Assembly: GCA_030830785.1 (NCBI GenBank)
Contig: JAURMI010000007.1
Location: 49,383-113,382, forward strand
DNA: 64,000 nucleotides
Source of the DNA: Crocinitomicaceae bacterium
Lineage (GTDB): Bacteria; Bacteroidota; Bacteroidia; Flavobacteriales_D; Crocinitomicaceae
Reading direction: 5' to 3'
Position numbers and translations under genes: made by a program. Positions 1 to 9,990 of this stretch are shown here, one piece after another. Each line of letters begins with the position of its first letter. The first letter of the stretch is position 1. The notes beneath the pieces were generated by a model that was not told the DNA's origin, made no database searches, and saw only the letters and a list, made by a program, of their open reading frames with translations.

Positions 1-546
1 AGGGCAGACAATCTCTAAATCAATAATGAGTTGTCGCACACCTTCTAGGTCATTTTTCTCAAGGGCATTTTTCATGCGCTTTTCAATGTTTTCAATTTTT
101 TCTTGATTGCGCAAGACATTTGGGTTCGTTACCCTAAATTGAACTTCATCAAAGGATTCACCAAAACGTTTACGTCCTTTTTCTACTTCCTTTTCAATTT
201 TTTGTCTCAATTTTTCAATATGATCCTCAAGCAAAACATCCGCACGATAGCGTTTTTTTGAATCTTTATTATCGATAAGCGGATCATTGAAGGCATCTAC
301 ATGGCCAGAAGCTTTCCATGTCGTAGGGTGCATAAAAATAGCCGAATCTAGCCCAACAATATTCTCATGGAGTTGCACCATCGATTTCCACCAATACAAT
401 TTGATGTTGTTTTTAAGCTCAGCACCCATTTGTCCATAGTCATAAGTAGCGGCTAATCCGTCATAAATTTCTGACGACGGAAAAACAAATCCATATTCTT
501 TAGCGTGTGAAATGAGATCTTTTAGGCGGTCTTTTTGTGCTTCCAT
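1..546 (-). CDS. glyQS: glycine--tRNA ligase (class II, dimeric GlyQS type), N-terminal 182 codons; gene runs off the left edge
   Basis: Hand translation of the minus strand from ATG at 546 gives MEAQKDRLKDLISHAKEYGFVFPSSEIYDGLAATYDYGQMGAELKNNIK..., the typical GlyRS N-terminus (FPSSEIY.GL..YDYG). Frame stays open to position 1. Not in the ORF track because it is truncated. Confidence 0.85.
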   Translation of the reverse strand, partial: MEAQKDRLKDLISHAKEYGFVFPSSEIYDGLAATYDYGQMGAELKNNIKLYWWKSMVQLHENIVGLDSAIFMHPTTWKASGHVDAFNDPLIDNKDSKKRYRADVLLEDHIEKLRQKIEKEVEKGRKRFGESFDEVQFRVTNPNVLRNQEKIENIEKRMKNALEKNDLEGVRQLIIDLEIVCP

Positions 547-581
547 AGCCGCAAAGATACGAAAAGCACTATTTTTACTCT

Positions 582-1334
582 ATGATTTTTTACTTCAACC
601 AAAAGCAATTTATTGACACTTCCTTGGCATTGGATATTTCTATGCCACTTAGTGCTAATTCAGATAATCCACGTGCGTGGTATGTCGATGAACCACGAAT
701 GGAACCAGTGAGGGCAAATGGATTTATTGGAAGTGTTTTAGAAGGTGGAGCAGTGAATTTTAGGGATATTTATTTTAATCCTCATGGTCACGGCACACAT
801 ACTGAGTCTTATGGGCATATTAGTGAAGAATTTTATCCGGTGAGTGAGGCAATTAATGAATATTTTTACGGCGCCACTTTAATTAGCGTAGAACCCAGGA
901 TTTTACCAAATGGAGATCGAGTGGTTTTTGCTGATCAATTGAACTCGCTGGTTAAAGGTGCTTTTTCAGATGCGATCATAATAAGGACCTTGCCAAATGA
1001 TTCACTAAAACTTACAAGGAACTATTCGGGCACAAATCCATGCTATTTCGATCTAGAAGTCGTGAAGGTTTTAAATCAAATGGGGGTAAAACATTTTTTA
1101 GTCGATACGCCTTCTGTTGACCGTGAAGAAGATGGCGGCGCATTGGTTTTTCATCACGCATTTTGGAATTATCCAAATTTCGTTAGAAAAGATCGTACAA
1201 TTACAGAATTGGTGTTTGTCTCAGATGAAATTTTGGACGGGCAGTATATATTGGAGCTTCAAGTAGCACATTTTGTCAATGATGCCGCACCGAGTAGGCC
1301 CTTACTATATTCTATAAACGAAAAAAAGGACTGA
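582..1334 (+). CDS. putative cyclase / arylformamidase (kynurenine formamidase-like) family protein
   Basis: 250-aa ORF with an HGHGTHTESYGH metal-binding-like motif (compare HxGTHxDxPxH) and FLVDTPSVD (compare vGiDxpSvD) of the cyclase family. Motif is divergent. Confidence 0.55.
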   Translation: MIFYFNQKQFIDTSLALDISMPLSANSDNPRAWYVDEPRMEPVRANGFIGSVLEGGAVNFRDIYFNPHGHGTHTESYGHISEEFYPVSEAINEYFYGATLISVEPRILPNGDRVVFADQLNSLVKGAFSDAIIIRTLPNDSLKLTRNYSGTNPCYFDLEVVKVLNQMGVKHFLVDTPSVDREEDGGALVFHHAFWNYPNFVRKDRTITELVFVSDEILDGQYILELQVAHFVNDAAPSRPLLYSINEKKD

Positions 1335-1350
1335 AATTTCAGCCCTTTTT
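1328..1350 (+). terminator. candidate intrinsic terminator after the cyclase-family gene
   Basis: ggactgaaatttcagccc forms a 6-bp stem with one mismatch, followed by TTTTT. It is preceded by an A7 run and overlaps the stop codon. Confidence 0.45.
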
Positions 1351-1389
1351 CCTAGTAGTAGACAAAACTGTCTGAGTGGTGCAAATTTT

Positions 1390-1534
1390 AAATAAGACAG
1401 GAACTTCTTGTACATATTCCTTTCGGACGTAGACAAAAACTATTAAACTCTTATCAAACTAGAAAATGAAACTGCCTCTCCAAGCAGTCTGTCAACTTCT
1501 ACGTACAAGAAGAATCCTGTTTCTCTCCTTATTT
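1390..1534. ncRNA. candidate structured small RNA (long interrupted hairpin, 6S-like shape); strand undetermined
   Basis: Perfect Watson-Crick helices 1390-1396/1528-1534 (7 bp), 1397-1402/1515-1520 (6 bp) and 1404-1413/1503-1512 (10 bp) enclose about 89 nt. The enclosed part has a local hairpin 1471-1475/1484-1488. Located in a 305-bp gap between convergent genes. Confidence 0.25.
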
Positions 1535-1639
1535 CAATTCTAAAATAAGTTGTATTCAATTAATTAAATACCACAAATGAACATCCTGCGATATTAATTG
1601 AATATTGAACTAAATTGTATGAATATTGTTTTTTGAACC

Positions 1640-2083
1640 TCAATCAAAAAACATCCTTCCATTGATCCACTCCGGATCGAGTGTAGCATGGTTTCGTCTG
1701 TAGAATCTCAGCGCTGTTTGGTTCCAATCTAATACTTGCCAGTCCATGCGTTTTACACCCATAGACTTTGCTATAGAAACTACTTCATCAAACAAGGCTT
1801 GGCCGTAGCCTTTTTTACGTTCTGATTCTTGCACATAGAAATCTTCTAAGTACAGACATCGGCCTTTCCATGTTGAATAAGAATAGTAATATAGGGCAAA
1901 ACCAACTACAATTCCTTGCTCATTTTCGGCAACAATTGCCTTGCAGATTTCATCGTTGAACAAATCTATGTGCAGTTGTTCAGGGGTATTGATGACTTGT
2001 TCTGGTGCGCGCTCAAAGGAGGCCAATTCTTGAATTAGACCAAAAATAGCGTCAATGTCTTGAGGTTGTGCAGCGCGAATCAT
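1640..2083 (-). CDS. GNAT family N-acetyltransferase (diamine/spermidine acetyltransferase-like)
   Basis: 147 aa. Acetyl-CoA binding region QESERKKGYGQALFDEVV and overall similarity to SSAT-like GNATs. Lies 12 nt downstream of sprA. Confidence 0.85.
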   Translation of the reverse strand: MIRAAQPQDIDAIFGLIQELASFERAPEQVINTPEQLHIDLFNDEICKAIVAENEQGIVVGFALYYYSYSTWKGRCLYLEDFYVQESERKKGYGQALFDEVVSIAKSMGVKRMDWQVLDWNQTALRFYRRNHATLDPEWINGRMFFD

Positions 2084-2095
2084 CCTAACTCTGAA

Positions 2096-5000
2096 TTATT
2101 TTAGACCGTTGAGGTCAAAACGAAGTGTCACCCCGGTTTTGAGGTTGCCTGTTGGGTAGCTCAACGATACTTTTGGCGTGTTGATGAACTGCTCATAGTA
2201 GAAAATAGCGCTGAGGTATTCGTTGAGTTTATAGTTGGCATCTAGTTTAAAACTCACCGTGGTTTGACCAGCAGTAGCCATATTGGTATTTTCTACTACC
2301 TTTCTAATTACAGTAGCATTGTCTCTGAAAGAGAAATTTACATTAATCAAAAGATCACTAGCATCAACACTACGCACAAGTTTAAGTTTAGGTACATTCA
2401 CTACAGTACCCACCACAATCTCTTGCCCCAAGGTTTCGGTAACTTGGTTGTTATTAAGTGAAAGTGTGGCTTGTCTATCCTTTTTATATTCAAAGTTTGT
2501 GGTAATGTTTTTTCCACCAATTTTCCAAGTGGCAAGCATTCCAATCAAAGGCGAGAATCGCTCTGTTATTGTAATGTTTTGAACTTGCATTTGAGAAATA
2601 AAATTATTGTTTAAATCATATGCTGTTGGCGCTCCATTTGCATCGAGCGTGGCGTTCAAATTGGTTTGCATTCCATTGACTGAAATAGAGGAATTGTACC
2701 CATGATTGAGTTTAAAAGATTTAACAACATCCTTTGCAAAAGCAAATTTGCTGAGCCCCGCGTAGTTAATAGTCCAGTTGGGCATAGGCAAGCTACTTCT
2801 AGGATTTATTGTTTGGCTATTGATCGCAGAATTGGTGTAAGCCGTTAAAAATGAACCTATTAAAACTTCTTGTTGTGTCAGTGAATAGCCTTCATAGAAA
2901 CCATTTGGCAAAGAACTTGAATTGGCATTTGAGGCACCAATTAATTGTGAAACTTGTTGGCTGTTGTTTATCATTTGTTGGAAAATGGGCGAGCGGAAAG
3001 AGCTGTCCATTTTAACAAAAGCAGTACCCCAAGAAAGTGTGGTATAGGTCAGCGTACTACTTTCAAATCTACTTTGATTTTCAAATTCAGATGTAATCGG
3101 ATTCCAACGGAAAAATTCGCCTGCCTGTGTGCTATAATTTCTTGAAAGATTTAGGTTAATATTCAAATCTTTAAATGGTTCGAGGGTAGCTTTGAGTTGT
3201 AAATTGGCAGTATGATTGATCATAAATTGTTTGTTGAGGTTTTCATTGAAAACCAACCAATTGTTATCGCGTGCAAACTCACCAATGTGATACCCCGTTT
3301 CTCGACCATAAATATCAAAAGCTTGTTTGCCAAAAACAAAAGGGGTGAGGCCTAAGGTGTTGGCATTCATTCCCAGTACGCTTGATTCTTGATTGAATCC
3401 TGGAAGCATTGTACCATCGGACAAAGTGTAAGTCCCGGATATACTGCGTACACTCATCACTAATCTTGCCAAGGTGCCTAAAACTGGATTTACCGGTTCA
3501 CTTTCCTTGGCTTTACGTTCTTCTTCTCTTGCTTGTTTGCGTTCAAATCGGGCAAGCTGTCTTTCATATTGAATACGCTCTTTTTCGGTCATCTCTTCGA
3601 TGGGTTTCTTTGGCTTAAATTCTGGTTTTGCAGGTTGCCCTCCACGGCTAGGACCACCACCCCGAGAACTTGATCTCGCTGCAGTAGACCTCACTGAACG
3701 CCCATCTGCTAGCACCCTTTTGAAAAAAGGTATTTTATTATACAATGTGACTAAATTACCTTGGGCCGTCATATTAATTGAGCGTGAATTTTGAATTGTG
3801 TTGCCAAATTCTGATTGACCCAAAGGTGCTCGTTGCCAATTATATGTCCCTGCATATTTAAGGTTTGAGGACAGCCAAGAGGTAACAGGAAGTTTGTCAA
3901 AAGGAAGTGTATAACTTAAAGAATAGTTATGGGTATAATCCATTGTACGTCCAAAGGTATTCATCTGAGAACGTAAAGTGTCCAAAAATTCTTGGTATCC
4001 TTCAGGATTGGTACGGCGGTCTACACCATGGTTTCCTTCTTCGAAAATTGAATGATTATTCGCAGTAAAGGTGGTTTTGAAGGCCTTGGTAAGGTCATAC
4101 CCAACTTGATAATTTCGGTTCCAATCAAATCGTTTTAAATATATGGGGTCGAAATCATAGTCTGGGACAATGATATTTCTAACTTGCCTTTCGTTATAGA
4201 TTCTCGAGTAATCATTTGTAAAGGTGATGTTTTTAGGGAGGTAAAACAAATTAAAATCTTTAATTGGTTTGAGCCATGGATTTTTTTGCGCAGGTTGCCA
4301 TTTTTTGAATGGTTCCCAGGGTTTACCCGCAAAAGTGTAATTGTAATTGAGTGCTCCTGTCCAGGTGCGTGTCATGTCTGATTTGATGTTGAAATCTCTT
4401 TTCATATTTTCTGCAAAGGCATAGGTTGCAGACCAATTTGAAATGCTCCAGAATTGAGGTTTAGTGCCAGCTTTTGCTTCTTTGCGCACATTAGTGAAGT
4501 TATATGACCTACGCTCTGTAAAGTCTTGCCCTAAACGCATACGTTCTTTACGTGTAGCCAAATCATAATTGGATAGTTTGATATCGGGATTGAAAGGATC
4601 GTATTCTGGATTGATCACACCAATGGAATAACCATAATAGAACGGAAGTGATACTCTTGCTTGCTTACCAAAAAATTGACCTAATTGCATGGTGGTACTG
4701 ATGTCTGCACCCATGCGTTGATTTCTTTGACGATCTTGAACGCGGCTGTCGATTGATCCCCAGTTGATTCCAGAATAGTTTCCTGCCGCTTGTACAGTTG
4801 CAAAATCTGCAAGTTGCAGTTGCATTTGGCCAACAGCAGCCGAGCCACCATCGCTTACAAAATCTGTAAGGCGCATCTCATTTACCCAAACATTGACGCA
4901 TTCTGACTCTCCATTATCGGGGCCCCAAGTGTTGTTTGGATCTGATTTTGACGGATTGCGAACGCCAATCATAATTGTCTTTATCCCTTGCAAATTAGGA

Positions 5001-8000
5001 CTTCCCTTGACTTTTATATGATTTGTAGGATTATTTGGGTCTTCTGTTTGGTATTCAACGACACTTGAAACTCCAGGCACACCTTGCTCTAATTTGGCAT
5101 TGCGCTCCATTTTTAAATCGAGTAACTTGGCAAATTCAATTTCGATGTTATTTGCACTTGGCCATATTAAGTCAGGGTTTGTTACTCCCCAATCGGTAAC
5201 TTTCATAGGCATTTCGTACTCATAATAATTATCGACATAATCTGTGCCAAGTCGGACAAATACGGTGAGTTCATCATCTTTGAGTTGGTTTTGTACAACA
5301 GATTCGGCATGCACAAACATTTTTAATTTTTTGTAAGTGCGCACGTCAAATTGCACATTTCTGTACGCTGCTCGGGCATCTCCATCTTGTAAATTACATA
5401 TTTCGAGTACCAAAGATTGTTCATTCATTTGTCGTTGATAAACTTGAGATGGGTCAATTTCTCGCACGATTCCGGGCGGCACTACATAATTGATGGGCTG
5501 TCGCTGGGCATTTTCCTCTATATTAAGTGCAGCAATATTAAAAGTGGTTAAATTCGGATCAGTCTGAACACTCATCCCTGGTTGAGTTAAATCTTGGAAA
5601 TAACGTCGCCATTCTCCTCTGACAAATTCCAAACGGGCAAAACGCAAGACCACAGGTTCGTCAAAACCTTTTAAATACATGCGCATAAAACGTATTGATC
5701 TAAAATCTTGAATGCCATTGATTCGTTTTTCAAAGTCGCGAATGGGCACTTTGAATTGATACCATGTTTCTGTTTTTGCACCGTTTTGATATACCTGCTT
5801 GTTAGTAATATAGTTACTTCCAACGTTTTGCATATCTGAAGGCCGAAGACTTACTTTATATTGAAAATAAGCTTCAGATTCCGAAAGGTTATTGTCTTGA
5901 TTTATATCCTCAATATCCGGAAAATTAGATGCGATAGTTGGGTATCCCAATGCGTTAGCCGTATCGGACATCTCAGTGGTGGGTGAATTGCCTTGTAGTC
6001 CGTTATATCTTTTATATCGCTCGAGAATATTTAGTAGGGCCGCGTCGTAGTTATCATCGAGGTAATAATTGTAATCATCGGTTGATGGGTCTCCAATCAT
6101 TCGGGCTTTTGTAGCAGCGCTAAGGGTGTTGTTATTTTGAACCCAACTAACATAAGCTGCATAACTTTGACGTTCATCTGTGTTGTCCCAGCCATCGAGC
6201 CCGACATCTTGCTTAATTCGAGCCGCTGGATCGTTGGCAAAAGCATTAACGACAACTTGTTGGGTAGAGACTCTTCCCCATATCGTTGTGTCGATATTGT
6301 CAAGTAAAATAGGGTCCGCATTTGCCGGCAAACCGTGCTCAAAACTTTTTCGGCTATCGGGAAGGATGTCTTCAGAAATATTACCCAAATTAAAATAAAG
6401 ATCACCACCAGTCATTGGCGAATTAGGGTTTTCATTCTCTGCATCTTGATTGAATGGGTCTAGTAACCAAAATTGAATGAATTCAATGTTTGCCAACTCA
6501 AAATCATTGGTGCTCAACCCACGCATGATGCCTCCCCAACGTTCATCTGGATTAATAAAGTTGCCTAGAGAATCAACTGTTGCTGTTGTATCGTAGTTAT
6601 ACATTCCTCGCTCCGAAGGGTAATATGCTAGATCGAGTACGTTTATATTTGAAATAGAGCCATACTGAAGTTGAAGATTAGGGAAAATATCCGTCATTTG
6701 AATAAGCCGCATGCGACTGTCATAAAGCATGGTTGGATCTTGTTTAATGTGAGTTGGTGTGAGCTGATTGCTCTGATAAAAAACGGGGTCGATAGTATAC
6801 CATGCAAGCTTTGCTCTTCTATAGCCAGCGCTTAAATCTTTTTTACTGGCTTCGGGAAATAAGTCAGTTTGACCTTGCGGTATAGATGCTAATCGCCAGG
6901 CAGCAATATTTTTTAAATCAATCGCACTCTGTGAAGCCTCAAAGTCATCTATATAGGATGTGCCTTCTTTGTTAATTGCTTTTGGTTGTCCAGGTTTTAA
7001 GGTCGCAAATTCTCCAGACATGGAAAGCGTCGACATGGTATTTGTAGAAATTACTGGTAATAGATCAACCAATTTGGTTAGTATGGGCACATCGGTAATG
7101 AAGGAAAAATCTGCCCCAAGCACATTATTCTTGAACGGTTCACTACCAAAGTCAACTTTTTGGGTAACAGGACGTTCCATCATTCGCAACCAAGTTGCTC
7201 CAACCTTGAACTTATCATTTATACGATATTGGTATCGCCCCCCCATCATAGAGCGAGCTTGGAATCCAAAAACGGAGTTTGATTCTATTGATATTTTAAT
7301 TGGCGTATTGGATTCAAGAATACCGGTATTTAGAATTTTAACGCGGCTAAACGCGTAATCAACAGTATAATCGACACCTTCCACAAGTCTCATGCCGCCT
7401 GCAGTTACCACAACAGCACCTGGCGGAATATTCATAACATTTAGCGGAATTTCAGAGGAAATAGACGACTGGAATTCTCCTTTAAAAACAAAGCGATTTT
7501 TACTTGGAATTTGTTGGGCTGCGGTTTTAGTTGAATCATATAATTCCGTATAAGAAAGTTGATCGACATAAATTGCCGGAACACCAGCTTGGGTAAGTTT
7601 TTGCCCTAAAGTTTTTCCAAAAGGTTCAACGGTTGTAAAGAAAATCCGTCCATTTTTTCTGTTTATCGTACCACCATTGTCAATTTTATTTCCTACAATA
7701 TTAAAGGGAGCAAAATCAAACACACCATCAGAAAATGGTTGATTGTTTTGGTTGATTTTGTCCATTTCTAATAAAGTGACAATTTGTTTTTTGTCGATAC
7801 CATCAAAAGGCAAAAAAGGCTGTAGAACCGAAGTTTCTCTATTGTTGTAATAAATATCGATTTTAAAGCCTAACTGATCGACTTGATAAGCGCCTATCGA
7901 ATAAACGTTTTTCATCATCAAGTCCCAGATTTTATTTTTAGGATTGGTGATGGTGGGCTTGATTAATTTTAAGATCAAAGCTTCTTGGCCGCTTGCTCCA

Positions 8001-9412
8001 TCAGTTGAAAATTCACCAACTTGATAGGTTTGCCCTCGATAAGTGTATTCATAAGCTACGGCTAAAACTTCGTCATTGTTCAGGGCAGTATTTAAGGAGA
8101 TATAGCCTAAAAGGGCATTATAAGTAAATTCGTTGTCATTGAGTTTGCGTGCATTTTCAATTTTTTCAAAATCAACCGCTTGATTGAATGGTCCGGGAGA
8201 ATTTACTTGAGAACTTAAGGCTAATACTGCATTTGAAAAACCACGAATCAAAGGTTGATTCGAAGCCCAATCGTAAAGGCCATTTGCTTCATTATCAGGT
8301 AAGTCATCACTAGCGTATGATCCTGGATTGCCTTGGCAGTTGGTTGCTTTGGCCTCTCCCAAATCCGAGAAAGCAACAATATTTCGGGTATTTTCTGTTA
8401 TACTACTGCGGTTAGTTACCCATACCTCGATGCGCGTAATGAAAGTTGTTGAATTAACAACAGGCAAAGTGGCCATTGCACTGTCGTAATGTTGCTGATG
8501 ATAAAGGTTTAAAAAATAGTGTCGATTGGCTTCGTAATTATCTGCGGTAATCTCAAATTTCTGTATCTGTGCTTTTCCAGTTACATTGATTTCGGTCCTT
8601 TTTCCTTTTGATTGAGCAAGAATAAAATCAAAAGTTGAACGGCCAAATTTGAGTTGGGTTTTAAAACCAAAAAGCGTTTGAGAACTCGGGATCAGTGTTG
8701 TTGGTAATTCTAAACTCACTTGTCCTAGTGCAATTTTTTGAAGTATATCATCTTCCTTTCCGGTGCGTTCGAGTTTTGAAATATTTTCAAAATCAAAATT
8801 AGCTCGGGTATTGTACTTCATGTTTACCTTCATGTTGGTCCCAATCTGACCGGTTATGTCCATGTTGATATTTTGATTAAAATCAAAGCGCGTTATATTG
8901 CGCTGGCGCATGGGTAAAATAGGGTTGTCAACCCTAGAATGATTGGCACCTAATGATATTTCGAGATTACCACCTGGCGTAATAGTGATTTCATCAGATC
9001 CAAAAAAACTTTCAAATGCTTTAGACCCTATTTTTATAGGTAATTCGAAGGTTCTATTTTCAGCACTTTCTTCAGCTACAATTTCTTTCCAATCTAGACT
9101 AAAACTTTTTTTCTGTTCATACTTCAGGTACTCCTCTAGAGTCATGGCTTGCGGAGGCCTAAAATAAGTGTCCTTCCCCATGATATCGCGAAACACAAAT
9201 GTGCCCGTTTCTGGGTCGTAAACAATGGTTTGATTCAAATTCGTGGGATCACCTAAATCGAAACTTTGTGGTAAATTTTGAAATGGATTGAGGGGATTAA
9301 TAATTGGAAAAGGCAAAGATGGGGTTTGTCCATAGGCTTTTTCACTAGTGAATAACACTATTGATAGCAGCAAGCCTAAGCAGAAGTATTTATGCCTTTT
9401 AAATAATTGCAC
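2096..9412 (-). CDS. sprA: cell surface protein SprA, type IX secretion system translocon / gliding motility protein
   Basis: 2438-aa ORF with N-terminal signal peptide. The size and sequence are characteristic of Bacteroidota SprA (giant outer-membrane beta-barrel). Confidence 0.93.
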   Translation of the reverse strand: MQLFKRHKYFCLGLLLSIVLFTSEKAYGQTPSLPFPIINPLNPFQNLPQSFDLGDPTNLNQTIVYDPETGTFVFRDIMGKDTYFRPPQAMTLEEYLKYEQKKSFSLDWKEIVAEESAENRTFELPIKIGSKAFESFFGSDEITITPGGNLEISLGANHSRVDNPILPMRQRNITRFDFNQNINMDITGQIGTNMKVNMKYNTRANFDFENISKLERTGKEDDILQKIALGQVSLELPTTLIPSSQTLFGFKTQLKFGRSTFDFILAQSKGKRTEINVTGKAQIQKFEITADNYEANRHYFLNLYHQQHYDSAMATLPVVNSTTFITRIEVWVTNRSSITENTRNIVAFSDLGEAKATNCQGNPGSYASDDLPDNEANGLYDWASNQPLIRGFSNAVLALSSQVNSPGPFNQAVDFEKIENARKLNDNEFTYNALLGYISLNTALNNDEVLAVAYEYTYRGQTYQVGEFSTDGASGQEALILKLIKPTITNPKNKIWDLMMKNVYSIGAYQVDQLGFKIDIYYNNRETSVLQPFLPFDGIDKKQIVTLLEMDKINQNNQPFSDGVFDFAPFNIVGNKIDNGGTINRKNGRIFFTTVEPFGKTLGQKLTQAGVPAIYVDQLSYTELYDSTKTAAQQIPSKNRFVFKGEFQSSISSEIPLNVMNIPPGAVVVTAGGMRLVEGVDYTVDYAFSRVKILNTGILESNTPIKISIESNSVFGFQARSMMGGRYQYRINDKFKVGATWLRMMERPVTQKVDFGSEPFKNNVLGADFSFITDVPILTKLVDLLPVISTNTMSTLSMSGEFATLKPGQPKAINKEGTSYIDDFEASQSAIDLKNIAAWRLASIPQGQTDLFPEASKKDLSAGYRRAKLAWYTIDPVFYQSNQLTPTHIKQDPTMLYDSRMRLIQMTDIFPNLQLQYGSISNINVLDLAYYPSERGMYNYDTTATVDSLGNFINPDERWGGIMRGLSTNDFELANIEFIQFWLLDPFNQDAENENPNSPMTGGDLYFNLGNISEDILPDSRKSFEHGLPANADPILLDNIDTTIWGRVSTQQVVVNAFANDPAARIKQDVGLDGWDNTDERQSYAAYVSWVQNNNTLSAATKARMIGDPSTDDYNYYLDDNYDAALLNILERYKRYNGLQGNSPTTEMSDTANALGYPTIASNFPDIEDINQDNNLSESEAYFQYKVSLRPSDMQNVGSNYITNKQVYQNGAKTETWYQFKVPIRDFEKRINGIQDFRSIRFMRMYLKGFDEPVVLRFARLEFVRGEWRRYFQDLTQPGMSVQTDPNLTTFNIAALNIEENAQRQPINYVVPPGIVREIDPSQVYQRQMNEQSLVLEICNLQDGDARAAYRNVQFDVRTYKKLKMFVHAESVVQNQLKDDELTVFVRLGTDYVDNYYEYEMPMKVTDWGVTNPDLIWPSANNIEIEFAKLLDLKMERNAKLEQGVPGVSSVVEYQTEDPNNPTNHIKVKGSPNLQGIKTIMIGVRNPSKSDPNNTWGPDNGESECVNVWVNEMRLTDFVSDGGSAAVGQMQLQLADFATVQAAGNYSGINWGSIDSRVQDRQRNQRMGADISTTMQLGQFFGKQARVSLPFYYGYSIGVINPEYDPFNPDIKLSNYDLATRKERMRLGQDFTERRSYNFTNVRKEAKAGTKPQFWSISNWSATYAFAENMKRDFNIKSDMTRTWTGALNYNYTFAGKPWEPFKKWQPAQKNPWLKPIKDFNLFYLPKNITFTNDYSRIYNERQVRNIIVPDYDFDPIYLKRFDWNRNYQVGYDLTKAFKTTFTANNHSIFEEGNHGVDRRTNPEGYQEFLDTLRSQMNTFGRTMDYTHNYSLSYTLPFDKLPVTSWLSSNLKYAGTYNWQRAPLGQSEFGNTIQNSRSINMTAQGNLVTLYNKIPFFKRVLADGRSVRSTAARSSSRGGGPSRGGQPAKPEFKPKKPIEEMTEKERIQYERQLARFERKQAREEERKAKESEPVNPVLGTLARLVMSVRSISGTYTLSDGTMLPGFNQESSVLGMNANTLGLTPFVFGKQAFDIYGRETGYHIGEFARDNNWLVFNENLNKQFMINHTANLQLKATLEPFKDLNINLNLSRNYSTQAGEFFRWNPITSEFENQSRFESSTLTYTTLSWGTAFVKMDSSFRSPIFQQMINNSQQVSQLIGASNANSSSLPNGFYEGYSLTQQEVLIGSFLTAYTNSAINSQTINPRSSLPMPNWTINYAGLSKFAFAKDVVKSFKLNHGYNSSISVNGMQTNLNATLDANGAPTAYDLNNNFISQMQVQNITITERFSPLIGMLATWKIGGKNITTNFEYKKDRQATLSLNNNQVTETLGQEIVVGTVVNVPKLKLVRSVDASDLLINVNFSFRDNATVIRKVVENTNMATAGQTTVSFKLDANYKLNEYLSAIFYYEQFINTPKVSLSYPTGNLKTGVTLRFDLNGLK

Positions 9413-9414
9413 AG

Positions 9415-9990
9415 TTATAGTAATCTTAACGCTTCTTTGATCAGTTGTTCAACAGTTTGGTTATCAGAATCAATTTTTTCCAATACTTTTTCTGCTGATT
9501 TTTTATCAAAACCAAGCGAAACCAAAGCAATTAACGCATCAAATCGATTTGTATTGTTTGATGAGAAAAGATTCTCTGAACCTAAGTCCATTTTAGCAAC
9601 TTTTCCTTTTAAATCAATTATCACACGCTGTGCAGTCTTGGATCCGATACCTTTGATTTTTTGGATGCTTGCAACATCTTCATTGAGTATTGCCTGAGCA
9701 ATTTCTTCAGGAGTCATTGAGGAGAGCATTATAATTGCAGTATTTGGTCCTATACCTGAGACACTGATCAAGTATTGGAACATCTCCCTTTCTTCCTTAC
9801 TCGAGAAACCATACAGAATGTGTGCATCCTCTCGAACAATTAATTTAGTGTGCAATGTTATGGCTTCATCTTGAGGTAAACTCGAAAATGTATTTAAGGA
9901 GATTTTTACCTCGTATCCTACACCAGCACACTCAATGAGCAAGTTTGTAGGATTTTTTTCAATTAACCGTCCGTTTAGTCTTGCAATCAT
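9415..9990 (-). CDS. ruvA: Holliday junction branch migration complex subunit RuvA
   Basis: 191 aa, [12 protein letters not shown]...GVGYEV N-terminus and HhH motifs (GIGPNTA, GIGSKTA). Confidence 0.93.
   Translation of the reverse strand: MIARLNGRLIEKNPTNLLIECAGVGYEVKISLNTFSSLPQDEAITLHTKLIVREDAHILYGFSSKEEREMFQYLISVSGIGPNTAIIMLSSMTPEEIAQAILNEDVASIQKIKGIGSKTAQRVIIDLKGKVAKMDLGSENLFSSNNTNRFDALIALVSLGFDKKSAEKVLEKIDSDNQTVEQLIKEALRLL

Noticed and set aside
552-559. TAnnTTTG match (TATCTTTG on minus strand) upstream of glyQS, and a similar one at 48535-48542 upstream of the DUF3078 gene
   Set aside because: They sit only 6-8 nt from the start codons, which is too close for the usual promoter-to-ATG spacing. 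They are not reported as features without TSS data.
1466-1543. 25-codon ORF (MKLPLQAVCQLLRTRRILFLSLFQF) inside the structured intergenic element, considered as a type I toxin
   Set aside because: The peptide lacks an uninterrupted hydrophobic helix because RTRR sits in the middle. There is no obvious promoter or ribosome-binding context. It is kept only as an alternative explanation within the sRNA finding.
2264-9167. Multiple 60-132-aa plus-strand ORFs inside sprA (for example 6960-7358, 2283-2582, 8943-9167)
   Set aside because: All are antisense to a continuous 2438-codon gene with clear SprA identity. They carry no motifs and are expected by chance in a 7.3-kb AT-rich CDS.
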